From positions 16,182,001 to 16,246,000 of the forward strand of contig OZ024760.1 in the NCBI GenBank assembly GCA_964016885.1: 64,000 nucleotides of DNA. Reading direction: 5' to 3'. Both the position numbers and the translations under genes were made by a program. Numbering within the stretch: the first letter of the stretch is position 1; each line of letters begins with the position of its first letter. This DNA is from Eledone cirrhosa (lineage: Eukaryota). This document shows positions 14,776 through 30,036 of the stretch, one piece after another. Under the pieces are notes generated by a model. That model worked only from the letters and a program-made list of their open reading frames with translations. It did no database searches and was not told where the DNA came from.

Positions 14776-14778
<3 letters not shown>
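14303..14778 (+). mobile_element. RTE-type non-LTR retrotransposon 3' fragment with an inverted 5' part
   Basis: + strand 14482-14763 reads NKDLYGNIPPIS..RLRFAGHCWR..GRPKKTYVKQLEDDTG..RDRDVWR* then (TGA)n. - strand 14481-14303 reads AEEIGLYVNAGKTEYIC..VDEFKYLGSYI. Confidence 0.88.
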
Positions 14779-14873
<95 letters not shown>

Positions 14874-16053
14874 CTTTAAAGTATCTGAAACTAAAGAAGC
14901 TTCCAGTAGACAGCCAATGGGCGGGAATTGTCCAAGTGTCAATTCATATCGAGGTTTTCTGTGTCTTTTATAAGTCCCACGTGTTATTTTGTACTGATTG
15001 GCAACAGTTAGAATCGAACTCGCAACCTCACGATTATCAGCTCAGCACCCTTACCACTAAGTCACGCGCCTTCACAATATATATACACATATACGACATT
15101 TGTACACTATTACACTCAGACGTATGTATACACACACATACATACATATTCACACACACGCATACACACATATTTACATTCATGTGCACACATTTATATA
15201 CACTCACACACAATCACACTCACAAACTCACAAACACATGCACACACAAACACAAACACACACACTCAAACACAAGCACACACAAGCATACGCACACACA
15301 AATAAACACATACACACACAAATAAGCACATACACACACAAACGCATACACACACAAACACACAGAAGCAAACACATACACACAAACACACACACCCACA
15401 CAAATAAACACACATATATATACACACACACACACACACAAACAAACACAAGCACTCACACACAAACACTCACACACAAACATACACATACACACAATTA
15501 CACACACATACAGACAAACACATACACAAACAAACACAAGCACACACAAACATACGTACACACACAAACACACAGACACACAAACGCGAATTTTTGATGA
15601 AATTTCTCTCACTTGTCATGCGCGTTTGATTTAAGGTATTACCACGGTTGATTAATTAACGTCAAAATCTAATTTGAGTCTAATTACCATACCATATCCC
15701 CCACCACCATATCTACCCCATCTACCCCTTACCTGCCCTCTCCACCCCACCTATTCGTGTTTCTTCTTTAAGATGGCCAAATTAAAAAAAAAATTGACCA
15801 GGCATGCCTCTGTTAAAAAAGAAATAATATAAAAACAAAATGGCGGAATTTTTAACGCCATCTTGCTCCTGGAAAAATTAATTTTTTTTTTCCCGTTCAA
15901 CACAAACGTCTGTTAAATACTGATTAGAAAATGGCGGAATAATCACTTTCTTTTTCTCTGTTTTTCTCCAGTTTGAAATATTGCACAGTTGATACCCCAT
16001 TACCCAGAATTCAACATTACTAAAAAAACAACAACAACAATAATAATAATAAT

Positions 16054-16383
16054 TGTTTCTACTTTAGGCACAAGGTCAGCAATTTGAGGAGGGAGGGGAA
16101 AGTCGATTAAATCAACTCCACTGCATTACTGGTACTTTTTTTTTATCGACCCTCGTAAGGATGAAAGGCAAAGTTAACCTCGGCGGGATTTGAACCCTGA
16201 ACGTAAAGGGCCGTAACTCTGTGCTGCGAAGCATGTTGTCCGATGCTCTACCGATTCTGCCAGTCCACTGTCCAACAATAACAGTAATAATGATTTCTAT
16301 CACAGGCATAAGGCCAGCAATTTCATCCTGTTAGGATGTTAGCTAACCTCGGCGGGATTTGAACTCAAAAGGTCGTAACTATA
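16054..16383 (-). mobile_element. SINE family 1 copies; others at 33892-34071(-), 49050-49180(-), 50132-50235(-), 55960-56110, 58584-58710 and 7965-8090(+)
   Basis: Match to the family body ATCGACCCCGTAAGGATGAAAGGCAAAGTTAACCTCGGCGGGATTTGAAC. Confidence 0.8.
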
Positions 16384-16385
16384 AG

Positions 16386-16935
16386 CAGCGTTCCTCAACC
16401 TTTTTACCCTTGTGGAACCCTTGAAATAGTTTTTATGTTTCAGGGAACCCCTGCATGAAAATCTTTATATACACTTATTAATATATATCTCTTTTATATT
16501 TTTATCGTGGTCCAAGTGGTAAACGTAATATATTTTTTTTGATAAATGGTTTAACACTTTAGCATTTAAACCGGCCATATCCGACCAGAATTCTCTCAAT
16601 TCTTTCAGTTCAAACCGCTGTAACCGGCTGCTCATACTGATGTTAGGGTATTGTTCTCAAAATAAATAATATCAAAATCTCATAGATTCGTTATTATGTG
16701 AGATAATTATGTGAGGTAAATCCTTTACCATGAAAATATGATAGTAAATATAGAGTAATGTAAATGATAAAGGGTTAAGGGGAAAAAAATGATCCCCTTT
16801 TTTGTCAAATTTACTGGTAATGCAAAAAAAAAATCATACTGCTTCTTCATGAGACCACATAGCCTATTTATCACTGTTTCTCGCGCCCTCTAGCGGAACC
16901 TTAAGATTCCGGGTAACACTGGTTGAGAATTGCTG
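16386..16935. mobile_element. hAT/Charlie-like MITE
   Basis: Ends CAGCGTTCCTCAACC ... GGTTGAGAATTGCTG with subterminal GGAACC motifs. TSD unclear. Confidence 0.65.
16555..16774. mobile_element. piggyBac-like MITE nested in the hAT MITE
   Basis: TTAA on both sides; TIRs CACTTTAGCATTTA / TAAATGATAAAGGG (12 of 14 match). Confidence 0.7.
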
Positions 16936-18213
16936 CGCTAGAGTTTAACATGTAGTTAGTCTATGAGGTTGAGCTATAGAGTTACATACACTTGATTATA
17001 AAATGCAATACACTATACTTTAGGCCGTATTATACTTTAGAATCTAGGATATAGTTAGACTATTGGTGTGTGTAGGGGTGGGCTGGGTGAGCAGGTATAG
17101 ATTTATACTCTAGATTATATAAAATTACACACATAAGCTACTGAAGTCCACCACAGGAAATAAAACTATATCTTTATCTTACTTCCTGAAATCTGGTAAC
17201 CAACCATCCCTTTCATGATATGTGAACATCCTTTCCAACCAATCCTTATTCTATCCCATCTATACCAATGTCCTCTCTTCCCCTTCGTCTCTCGGCCTCT
17301 TCCCCTAACACACACACACACACATCGTCCGCTTCTTTCTCCATGTCTCTGGGCCCCTTTCCCATATAGACACAGACACATCGTCCGCTTCTTCCTCTTT
17401 GCCTCTGACCCCTTCCCCTAACAGACACACACACACACACATCGGTCTCTCCTTCCTCTTCGTTTCTGGGGTCATATCCCCTACAGACACACACACATAC
17501 ACACAAACACCTACACACACAAACACACACACTCACACTCACACACACACAAACACACACACACACACAAACAAACAAACACAAACACACACAAACACAA
17601 ACACACAAACTCACACACACACAAACTCACACACACACAAACACAAACACAGACAAAGAAACACGCGTATGCTATGCTAAACCTCAATGACCTCTGCTCC
17701 CACTCTACGCCATCTTGTTCAACCGGAAGTCGTCTGCTGCCAACGAAGGTTGCCATTTCAAATATAATTATTGCTTTAGTGTTCTTCCTTTTGTCATCAT
17801 AATTAATTCGCCATTGTTAATGTGTAATTCTGAGGAATTATCGAGGAATTCGCTGTTAGATAACATTTCCTTTCCGACACACAGTTGCCATGATTATATT
17901 TTATAGTGGTTCTACCATACTTCTTACTAACAGTTCAGGTTGTTAGTCTTGTGGCTGTTGTTGTTGTTAGTGTTGTTGTTGTTGCTATTGTAGTTGTTGT
18001 TCTTGCTGTTGTTGTTCTTGCTGTTTTTGTAGTTGTTGTTATTACTGCTGTTGTTGTTGTTGTTGTTGTTGTTGTTGCTATTTTTTTGTTATTGTTGTAG
18101 TTGTTGTTGTAGTAGTAGTTGTTGTTGTTGCTGTTGTTGTTGTTGTTGCTTTAGTTGTTGTTTTTGGTGTTGTTGTAATTGTTTGATTTGTAGTTGTTGT
18201 AGTCGTTGGTGTT

Positions 18214-18260
<47 letters not shown>

Positions 18261-18588
18261 TGTTGTTGATATTACAGCTGCTGTTGCCGTTGTTCTTGTT
18301 TAAATTCCATGTTCCTGTTAGATAAGGCGGTGACAGTGACCGCGCAGCACATGTGGTTCTAACTACGTTTGTCAAGACAGGCGCGTCACGTGATGTTCAT
18401 GACGTCTTTCAGAGTCGTTTAACAGATGTTCAAAGTCTGCCCACGACAATGATGTATTGTGGGAAATGTCTGGGATTTCAGTGGGAAACTTTGTGGGAAA
18501 TTACGTTTAGGTGTCTGTATTCTATCCCTGGTGTATCAATCTTCTCTGTCTACCCTCCTCTCTCCCTATATCCTTCTTTCTCTCTCGC

Positions 18589-18725
<137 letters not shown>

Positions 18726-18808
18726 TACACACACACACATATATATATAATAAGTTGATGGGACTAGCATAAGTTTCCCATATACATAACATACATACAT
18801 GCATGCAT

Positions 18809-18846
<38 letters not shown>

Positions 18847-18942
18847 ACATACATATATATATATATACGTACATACATGAATACATACATGCATATATAT
18901 AAACACATACACAAACACACATATATGTATCTATGTATGCAC

Positions 18943-18988
<46 letters not shown>

Positions 18989-19809
18989 CTGTATAGATGG
19001 CATGCACACCATACATTCTCCCAGAGTGTTTCTTTACTAAAACAACTGCTGCCATACTAAGATACCAAACCAGAAGACATTGGTAGATGAAGCATGTTTC
19101 TTTTGAATTATCCAATCAGACGATAACTTGTACAAAATGTCTGCCATGTCTACCATGTTTTAGCCTCTTTTCCATTTCACCCCCTCTTTCTCTTCACTGC
19201 TGTTCGCCATGTGAAGCTATGAGATTTACAAATCCCACACTACTTTTTGTTTGTTTGTTTTTTGTAGTGTATACGCGAACGTCTGCGTGAGTGTGTGTGT
19301 GTATATGTGAGTGTGTGTATGTGCGTGTGTGTGTGAGTGTGTATGTGTGTATGTGTGAGAGTGTATGCATTTGTGCGCGTGTGTGTACTTTCTGCTCTTC
19401 TGTTTCTTCGTCTTCTTCTTCTTCTTCTTCTTCTTCATCTTTCTCCCCCCCCCCCACAACCTCTCTATTTATCTATCTATCCATCTACATATCTATCTAT
19501 TTACCTATATATATATATATGTATATATATGTATATATATGTATATATATGTATATATATACATATATATACATATATGTATATATATATATACATATAT
19601 GTATATATATATACATATATATACATATATGTATATATATGTATATATATGTATATATATACATATATATACATATATATATATGTATATATGTATATAT
19701 ATATGTATATATATATACATACATATATATATATACATATATATATATGTATATATGTATATGTATGTATATATATATACATACATATATATATATGTAT
19801 ATATGTATA

Positions 19810-19857
<48 letters not shown>

Positions 19858-20681
19858 TATATGTTTCAACACACTAATTTATTTATCTAAATTGTTAAAT
19901 TGTTCTTAAATTTCAATTATTTTACTTTCGTTTTTTTTCTACACATTTTTTTGTTTGTTTTGTTGTTATTATTGTTATTGTCGTTCATCTTGTTGTTGTT
20001 GCTATTGTTGTTGTTGTTATTGTTGTTGTTATTGTCATTCTATTGTTCTTATTATTGCTGTTGTTATTGTTGTTGTTATTGTTATTGTTGTTATTGTTAT
20101 TGTTATTGTTGCTATTGTCGATATTTTTGTTGTTATTGTTGTTATTGTTGTTGTTATTGTTGTTATTGTTGTTGTTGTTGTTATTGTTGTTGTTGTTGTT
20201 GTCTCTAGATATATTTTTCGTATCTTTTCTCTTTCTACTTATTTTCCCCTTTTTTTTTCACCAAAAAAGTTCTTGTCTTAATTTCAATTATTTTTCTTGT
20301 TCCTTCTTAACCCTCTTCCTCATTCTCTTCATACTCCCCCTCCCCCTCCTCCTCTGCCTTCTTCTTCTTCTTCTTCTTCTTCTTCTTCTTCTTCTTCTTC
20401 TTCTTCTTCTTCTGCCATCACTTCCTTTCCGGTCCGTAGATGTAGATGCCAACAGTATCGTGTTGACAAAACACATGCACGTGTGTGTACGTACATACAT
20501 ACATACATACATACATACATACACACATACATACACACATGCATACATATATACATATATATATAGATATACATAAATACTTGCATACATATATACATAT
20601 ACATACATGCATACATACATACACACATATATTGTTGTATGTGTGAAATATGAATCAACCAAAATTTCAAACACACACAGA

Positions 20682-20721
<40 letters not shown>

Positions 20722-20756
20722 TACACACACACACCTATATATATATATATATATAT

Positions 20757-20948
20757 ATAGGAACGAGTAGGATCCCGACGGCTGAGCTCAAGCCGTTTCG
20801 ACGGCTAATTCTGGGTCCAGATGTAGCCGTCGAAACGGCTTGAGCTCAGCCGTCGGGGTCCTACTCGTTCCTATTACCCACTCTACTACCCTAAGTATTG
20901 AGTACTTTGGTGCGTTATGGTCCACCTGGTTCCTTACCACACTTCCTT

Positions 20949-20952
<4 letters not shown>
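20757..20952 (+). mobile_element. Family B hairpin element (3' half of a hammerhead plus tail) in (TA)n
   Basis: Arms of about 50 bp. GAAA CGGCT-tgagctc-AGCCG TC gives stem III plus a GUC site. Conserved tail CCTATTACCCACTCTACTACCCTAAGTATTGAGTAC...CCTTACCAC. Confidence 0.7.
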
Positions 20953-21024
<72 letters not shown>

Positions 21025-21061
21025 TTGGTCAGAGTATCGCTAAAAGCTCTCTCTGTTAATG

Positions 21062-21133
<72 letters not shown>

Positions 21134-21551
21134 ATATACATACATATCTATGTATATACATTTACACACATTTATGTATGTTCAAACATGTATGTACATG
21201 CATCCCGGCACGTATACAGTATCGGAATTAGAATAAAATTCTTCGGAATCTTCCAGTAGAGAATTTCTTTCAAACACCGAAACAAGTTTCCATAGCTTGG
21301 AATTTAAATAACAACAAAAGTGTAGAATTACTTCTACATCCTGAATTCCAGAAAAGTCTTATAGTCATAGTTGTGTGGTTAAGGAGTCCGTTTCGTAACT
21401 ACTTGATTCAAGATTTAGTTCCATAGCGGAGAATTTTGAACCGCGGCTCAAGAACATAACACAACACTCTGTCCAGGAATTGAATGAATGATCTTATGAT
21501 CATAAGTCTAGTATCCAAACCTTTAAGCCATATGAATGTATATATGTATGC

Positions 21552-21582
<31 letters not shown>

Positions 21583-21639
21583 TGTATGTATGTATGTATG
21601 TATGTATGTATGTATGTATGTATGTATTTATATCTGGAG

Positions 21640-21842
21640 ATCTCTCTGCACTTGTCGTCACATGGTACCATGGGCCCAGCACTATGTGTCAATAATTGTC
21701 ACAAGTGTAGTGTCTGTACCAGAGTTTTCAAGTCGCTGGCTGGACTAAAAAGTCACACTCGTTCAGCGCAACGGTAGGGGTTCTCCTACATGGATATAAA
21801 GTAGTGGCCGTACTCGAAAACGAGTTGGCAGCCACCATGTGT
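21640..21842 (+). mobile_element. RTE/BovB-like 3' end with terminal C2H2 finger; second copy at 27315-27472
   Basis: CSVCTRVFKSLAGL(K/R)SHTRSA(Q/H)R*, then GGCCGTACTCGAAAACGAGTTGGCAGCCACC and a (TATG)n tail. Two near-identical copies. Confidence 0.7.
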
Positions 21843-21919
21843 ATATGTATGTATGTACGTACGTCCCCGCGTATATACATACACATGCACCCATGCATAT
21901 ACACATATACATATACCCG

Positions 21920-22245
21920 ATCACGCGGTTAAACCACTGGGAGTGAAGGACTCATAGCTTTTGTCTAGGCATTCTTCTAGGAGAAGGCAACTCAGGAAAC
22001 TGGGATAATTCCGATATAAAACCTGCGGCTCAGTAGTTACCGATGATGATGATCTTTTCTTCTTTTCGGGTTATAGCTACTGTCGCTCAGAGAATGGGAT
22101 TGGCTCAGTGCACAGTCTTTCCTCACTTAAAAAAATATCTTCACGCACAGGCATTGCACGATAGAATTAATTAATAATTAATAATAATGGTATAACGTGC
22201 AATGGCCATACTCGATAACGAGGGGGCAGCCATCATGTATGTTTG
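21920..22245 (+). mobile_element. Non-autonomous retroelement sharing the RTE-like 3' end; related copy at about 27495-27845
   Basis: Both copies share CTAGGAGAAGG..GATATAAAACCT..GGGATTGGC..CCTCACTTAAAAAA and end in TACTCGA..CGA..CAGCCATCAT followed by (TATG)n. Confidence 0.55.
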
Positions 22246-22872
22246 TATGTATGTATGTATGCACATGTATGTGTATGTATGCGAATACGTATGTGAGTAT
22301 TGTATGTATGTTTTGCTATGTATGTATGTTTTCTCTCTTAATCTCGAGAACATTTTTGACCGCATGTATGTATGTATGTATGTATGTATGTATGTATGTA
22401 TGTATGTATGTATGTATGTATGTATGTATGTATGTATGTGTGTATATATGTATGTCTGAATGTGTGTATGTATGTGTGTGTCTATGTATATCTAGGATCC
22501 AGCAAGAAAACGTGATTTGTTTTCAAATGAATACAATGTTGGCAAATGTAGGACATAAGCAATATTTATTGTCTAAATATCCAGAACAATGTATGCCATA
22601 TATATATATATGTATATATATATGTATATATATGTATATAATATATAATATATATATATATACGTGTATCGGTTCTACGCTTAAGATTTATCATGTATAG
22701 TGTACTAAGTTGAATAATGGTCTTAACTAGTAACATCTTATCTACACATGTATATGTGTATATATATATGTATATATATGTATATATATGTATTATATTA
22801 TATATATGTATATATATTATATGTATATATATGTATATATATATGTATATATATGTTATATATATATGTATG

Positions 22873-22975
<103 letters not shown>

Positions 22976-23095
22976 GTATATATATATATATATGTATATA
23001 TATGTATATATATAATATACCCCTTCATATACTGTACCGATTGTGTTGTTATTTCTATTTACCTTTTACACATACACACACACACACACACACAG

Positions 23096-23168
<73 letters not shown>

Positions 23169-23260
23169 CATATATATGTGTGTGTGTAAGAGAGAGAAGG
23201 CGAGTGTGCAATTATATTTATATATATATAAACATATGTGAGTACACACACACACGCACT

Positions 23261-23292
<32 letters not shown>

Positions 23293-24120
23293 CACATACA
23301 TATACATACACAGCTATTAGTAAGACACAGGTCTTGTTGAAAATAACGTCATCTAAATACTTGCCATTGTTTGCTACACAGATTCCGGTATCTTTGACTT
23401 GGGAAATTCTACATTGCACCTTAGAGAATGTCTTGAAGGAGTGACGTAATTTCCTCGCGAATAACACCGGCTTCCAGTTCATTTGGTGTGTATGTGTGTC
23501 TCTGTGTGTGTGTGTGTGTCTGTGTGTGTATATGTGTGGGATTTAAAACCCAACTCTTTCACTTTGAGGTAGACCCCAAAGGAAATAATCCCAACCACTC
23601 CCCTAAAAAAATGTCAGATGACTGAGCGAGCCCATGATATGTCATCTCCGTGGAAGTATGACATGGTTGCTTTAATATTTCTTTAATAGAAGTCAATGGA
23701 ACTTCTTGCAGTATGTGTGGTCGCTATGTCGTGTTTAAAATCATTTACAACCATCGTGGGGTGTTTTTTTGGGGGGGGGATGGACAAAGTTCCCGATTTT
23801 GTTCGCTTTCTGTGGGGAGTGGAAATAGTGAAATCGGACCAAGGAAACAATATTTCCATTGGGGGTCGTTCCATTGTTGTTGATATCTATCGCGGGCGCA
23901 ACTCCTGGCGGAAAGAGCAACGTGGAATAAAGTGTCTTGTTCAAGGACATAACGCATCGCCCAGTTGGAGGGTGGGAGGGAGTAATTGGGATGATAATGA
24001 TGATGGTGATGATGATGATGATGGTGAAGATAATGGTAATGGTGATGGTGGTAATGGTGATGATGATGATAATGATGATCATGATGATGACAATGATGGT
24101 GATGATGGTGGTGGTAATGG

Positions 24121-24178
<58 letters not shown>

Positions 24179-24294
24179 GGTGATGGTGGTGCGGTAGCAG
24201 ACGATACGGAGCTAAAGACATTCATTAAAACACAATAAAGGTCGCCACATTGCTTTCCAATTCCTCTTCTCCAGCGTTTCCAATGTCTACTTAT

Positions 24295-24342
<48 letters not shown>

Positions 24343-24374
24343 CATACATATATGTACATACATATATGTATATA

Positions 24375-24484
<110 letters not shown>

Positions 24485-24540
24485 GTACATATATATACAT
24501 ATATAAATATATATGTATATATCTATGTATATATACATGG

Positions 24541-24581
<41 letters not shown>

Positions 24582-24721
24582 CTAATCTATATATATATAT
24601 ACTCTAACATAATTACAGGAGCCCAATTCCTATTTTCTATTATTATTATCTTTACCTTTACAACACTCGACATTTAAAGTTTCTCTTATTTTACCACTGA
24701 CAGTCTCAACTTTATTTACAT

Positions 24722-24782
<61 letters not shown>

Positions 24783-24828
24783 TATAAATATATGTATATA
24801 TACACATGCACACACACATATATATATG

Positions 24829-24859
<31 letters not shown>

Positions 24860-24897
24860 AGATAGATAGATAAATAGGTACAGCGGTGTGCGTGCAC

Positions 24898-24960
<63 letters not shown>

Positions 24961-24973
24961 CACACATACACAT

Positions 24974-25030
<57 letters not shown>

Positions 25031-25157
25031 CATATATATTTATATATATATATACATTGCACGCAGATCTATTTATATATATACACACACACACATATAT
25101 ATGTATATATTTAGATATATGTACCTTTAATTATATATATATATATATATATGTACC

Positions 25158-25273
<116 letters not shown>

Positions 25274-25275
25274 CA

Positions 25276-25361
<86 letters not shown>

Positions 25362-26191
25362 CTGACAAGTAGTTATAACTGATGTGAAATCCCTATTTAA
25401 CCCCTGGAGTCCCTCACCCACGTTATTACTGCTTCCTTCGGAAACTACAAAAGAAAACTGAACTTTGTCTACCACCTCCTAGCCCTCCCCCCCCTTCTCA
25501 GGCCCCTCCTGTCTGGGCCCTGTCCTAATATCTAGTAAAGATCTTCCTCAATTTCACAACCACATCTCCATTATCACCTTAAACATCACCGCCTACAAAT
25601 ACACATAGACACATACAGATACACACATACACACATATAGGCACATACTCACATATAGGCACATACTCACACACTTATACGCATGTAGACACACTTACAT
25701 CAAAACATACACACGTAGAGACACACAAACACGCACATATACACATATAGACACACACACATAAACATATAACACACACAAACAAACACATATACATACA
25801 CACATATACACACACATACACACATACACACAAACACATACATACACACACAAACGCATACACATACACACAATCACATTCACAAACATACACACACACA
25901 CAAACACATACTTACACACATACATACACACAAACACATACACACACGTACATACGCAAAAACACATACACACACGTACATACACGCTCATACATATACA
26001 CACAAACATACACACTTACACACATACACATACACACACAAACACATATATACACATACACACACACACACACACTCATGCATATAACCCCCCTCACCCG
26101 CTCCGCTCCATAGACAAATGTACGCAGTTTTCTATCATCGGCCCGTATTCAACCACCCACACACTCTTACACACACACATACACACACATA

Positions 26192-26224
<33 letters not shown>

Positions 26225-26438
26225 TGTCTAGTCCCTTCCTCCTTCCCTCCCTCTATCCCTTTCTCTCTCGCCCTCACCGTCTCCCCCTCTCTCCCACACA
26301 CACCCACTCAACATATATATAGAGACAGATACACCGTCTTAGAGTCAGATCTGTTGAAGTCATCTGGTCAGATAAAGATGTTACCACATTCACAACAGAT
26401 GTCAGGTAAGGTTTCCTTTAGTAATCAATTAATGTCTG

Positions 26439-26528
<90 letters not shown>

Positions 26529-26559
26529 AATATTTATTTATATATACATACATATATAA

Positions 26560-26667
<108 letters not shown>

Positions 26668-26719
26668 ATATAAATATTTATTTATATATATATACATATA
26701 TAAATACATACATACATAC

Positions 26720-26751
<32 letters not shown>

Positions 26752-26805
26752 CTTAGAGTCTGTGTGTGCATGATTATATATGTGTACTTATCTATATATG
26801 TATAT

Positions 26806-26851
<46 letters not shown>

Positions 26852-27224
26852 ACACACACACAGACATATATATATATATATGAGTGTGTCTGAGAGACTA
26901 TATATGTGTATTTCTGTGTGTGTATGTGTATATATGTATACGTGTATATATGCATATGTGTGTGTCTGAGAATCAATGTATGTGTACTTGTATATGTGTA
27001 CTTGCATATATTTCTGTGTGTGTATGCGTATATATGTGTGGCTGTGAGTCTGTGTGTGTATGTGTATACATGTATGTCTGAGAGTCAATATATACACGAG
27101 TGTATATGCAATTATTACATGCTGAATTTCTGAAATGTTTTACATATTTTTACTCCTCCATTAATGAACTGTACTCGCAACTTCCTAAATAGCCTTGCTC
27201 GTTACAAACGTATCCCCAAGTCCC

Positions 27225-27258
<34 letters not shown>

Positions 27259-28331
27259 TGTATGTATGTATGTATGTATGTATGTATGTATGTATGTATG
27301 TATGTATGTATGTATGTGTCAATAATTGTGACAAGTGTAGTGTTTGTACCAGAGTTTTCAAGTCGTTGGCTGGACTAAGAAGTCACACTCGTTCAGCGCA
27401 TCGGTAGGGGTTCTCCTACATGGATATAAAGTAGTGGCCGTACTCGAAAACGAGTTGGCAGCCACCACCATGTATGTATGTATGTATGTATGTATTTTTG
27501 TGGAGCGAAAGACTCCTTGTCTTCATTAAGGCATCTCTCTAGGAGAAGGTCGCTCTGATATAAAACCTACGACATGGTCTGCATCCTATGATGAAGACCA
27601 GTTCTTCTTTTTGGGTAAATGCATTTGATGTTCAGAGAGTGGGATTGGCCTCGTGCAAAGCCTTTCCTCACTTAAAAAAAGCTTCAAGCACAGGCATCGC
27701 TTGATATGTGACATATTTTGTGATGCATGGTATTGCTGGCCATAGGCAAGTCCCTAGATGGACTAAAAAGCCCTGTCCGTGATGCTCATGCTTAAGTATC
27801 AAGCGATGACATTACTCGACATCGAATTGTAGCCATCATCATATACTTGTATCATGTATGTGTGCATGTATGTGTGCATGTATGTATGTGTGTATGTACG
27901 TACGTATGTATGTATGTATGTATGTGTGTATGTATGTATGTTCTTCTGGTTTTATAATTTCACAAATGTTTGCCAAAAGAGAGAGTCGGTTTCTAACATA
28001 GACACAAGACTCTCTCATTGGAATTTACACAACATCAACTAGGTAGATATGTCTGCATGTCTACATGCATGCATGTGTAGATATGGATGTTATTGTATGT
28101 GTAGAAGTGTTTGTTTTAAGTTGTATCTGTACATGTGTATATGTATTGTATCTGTACATGTGTATATGCAGTTATTAGGTACAGAATTTTTGGAATATTT
28201 TACATATTTTTACTGTTCCATTAATGGATTGTACTTGTAATTTCCTAACTAGTTGTGTTCTTTCTGTTTCTGTGAAGCCCAGCTTCTCAAGATTTGTATT
28301 GAGGCAGTTACTAACATATCCCAGTTACCAA

Positions 28332-28362
<31 letters not shown>

Positions 28363-29976
28363 TGTATGTATGTATGTATGCATGTATGCATGTATGCATG
28401 TATGTATGTATGTATGTATGTATGTATGTATGTATGCATGTATGTATGTATGTATGTATGTATGTATGTATGTATGTATGTATGTATGTATGTATGTATG
28501 CATGTATGTATGTCGGCGGAAGTTACACGGAAGTCATGTATGTCACATTGAAGAGAAGTAAGTCATGGTGACACATAGAGGAAGATAAATGACCGAGATA
28601 GCAATGGCCGAACATGGAATTCTGGGTAGATCGTCTATTACACGTCTGCTATCGAATTTACCAACACCTGGCATATAGGGCAATAGTGCTGTTAGCTTTT
28701 AACCCTAGGACAGCCCCTTTCCGGCAGATTTATTGGTCTATGATCAAAGATTTTCCAGAAGCCATTTTCAGAAATATTCTTTAATTCAGACATAACGAAG
28801 TTAACTTTGCCTTTCAACCTTTCACTGTCTATAAAAAAAAGTACCAGTCAACTACTGGTGTCGGTTCGTCATCTGTACTTCTTCCTCATTTCCTCTCTCT
28901 CACTCTCTGTCTTTCTCTGGAAGAAATCTGCTGTATTCAAACCTGGATTGGAGCTGGGCGCCACCAGGCTTGATACAAAAAATGCTCTAGAAACATCATA
29001 TGTAAATACAGTGCCCTCCTACGGCTTCCTCGGGAGTTACGGGATAATGTATTCATGCATACATCAATGGTATTTAGTTCTTACCAAGTAACTTCCCTCT
29101 GTGCCAAGGTAAACTTATCCTTTCGACTTTTACGAAGTTGCATCAAAAACTGTCCGCTGGGGTCATGGGGCGGCCAGCGCGTGCCCCCCCCCCATTTGCT
29201 CATAATAGTGAGAGATGGGGGTGAGTAGGAGAGACGGAGGCAGTGACAAAGGGAGTTTCGTTCCTTTGTGTTCGGACCTGGTGTATATGTATATATTTAT
29301 TTACCATATCACACACAAATTCATCAAGACACCAACTATAACCTACTGACCATTTACACAGGGTATAGAGAAGGGGAGAGTTGGAGAGACAGATGCAGTG
29401 ACAGTGGGAGTTTGGTTCCTTTGTGTTCGGACCTGGTGTATATACGTATATATTTCACGGACACACACTCACACTGAAGTAATTTAATTTGGTGTTAAGG
29501 AACAAACCAACAGCAACACATCAGTATACAGAATTCAGTTCAAGCTGTCTCCAGTACTTTCACGAAACTGTTAAACTTCTAGTTTCTCTCACCAATGTAC
29601 TGGGATCGAAACAATAGAGAAAAAAAAACCCACTAATACAGCCTTACCTTCATTTACCCAGACCCGGGGCCTCCTAAGCTTTCAAGTATTTCAACCCCCC
29701 ACCCTACCCGATAAAAAATAAACAAACAAACAAACAAAACCCGGAACTTAAGCACTACTTTGCTTTTGGTACCTGTGGAGTCCCTAGGTTTTTCAATTTC
29801 GTCAGCCCCATGAATAGATATGGCGTGGCTACAGCTCAGCCCTAGTGGTCATCTACGGACAATGGTCACACCTCGCCTAACACCACAGTTAGTGGCTGTT
29901 TTAATGTCGTTTGACCTTTCAACCCAATGGACATTGTTCTTGTATGACTAACAGCACCACATCAGGCAAACCCCCG

Positions 29977-30036
<60 letters not shown>

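Noticed and set aside
23696-24238. 180-aa ORF with an acidic tail
   Set aside because: Composite of a SINE fragment and a (GAT)n microsatellite.
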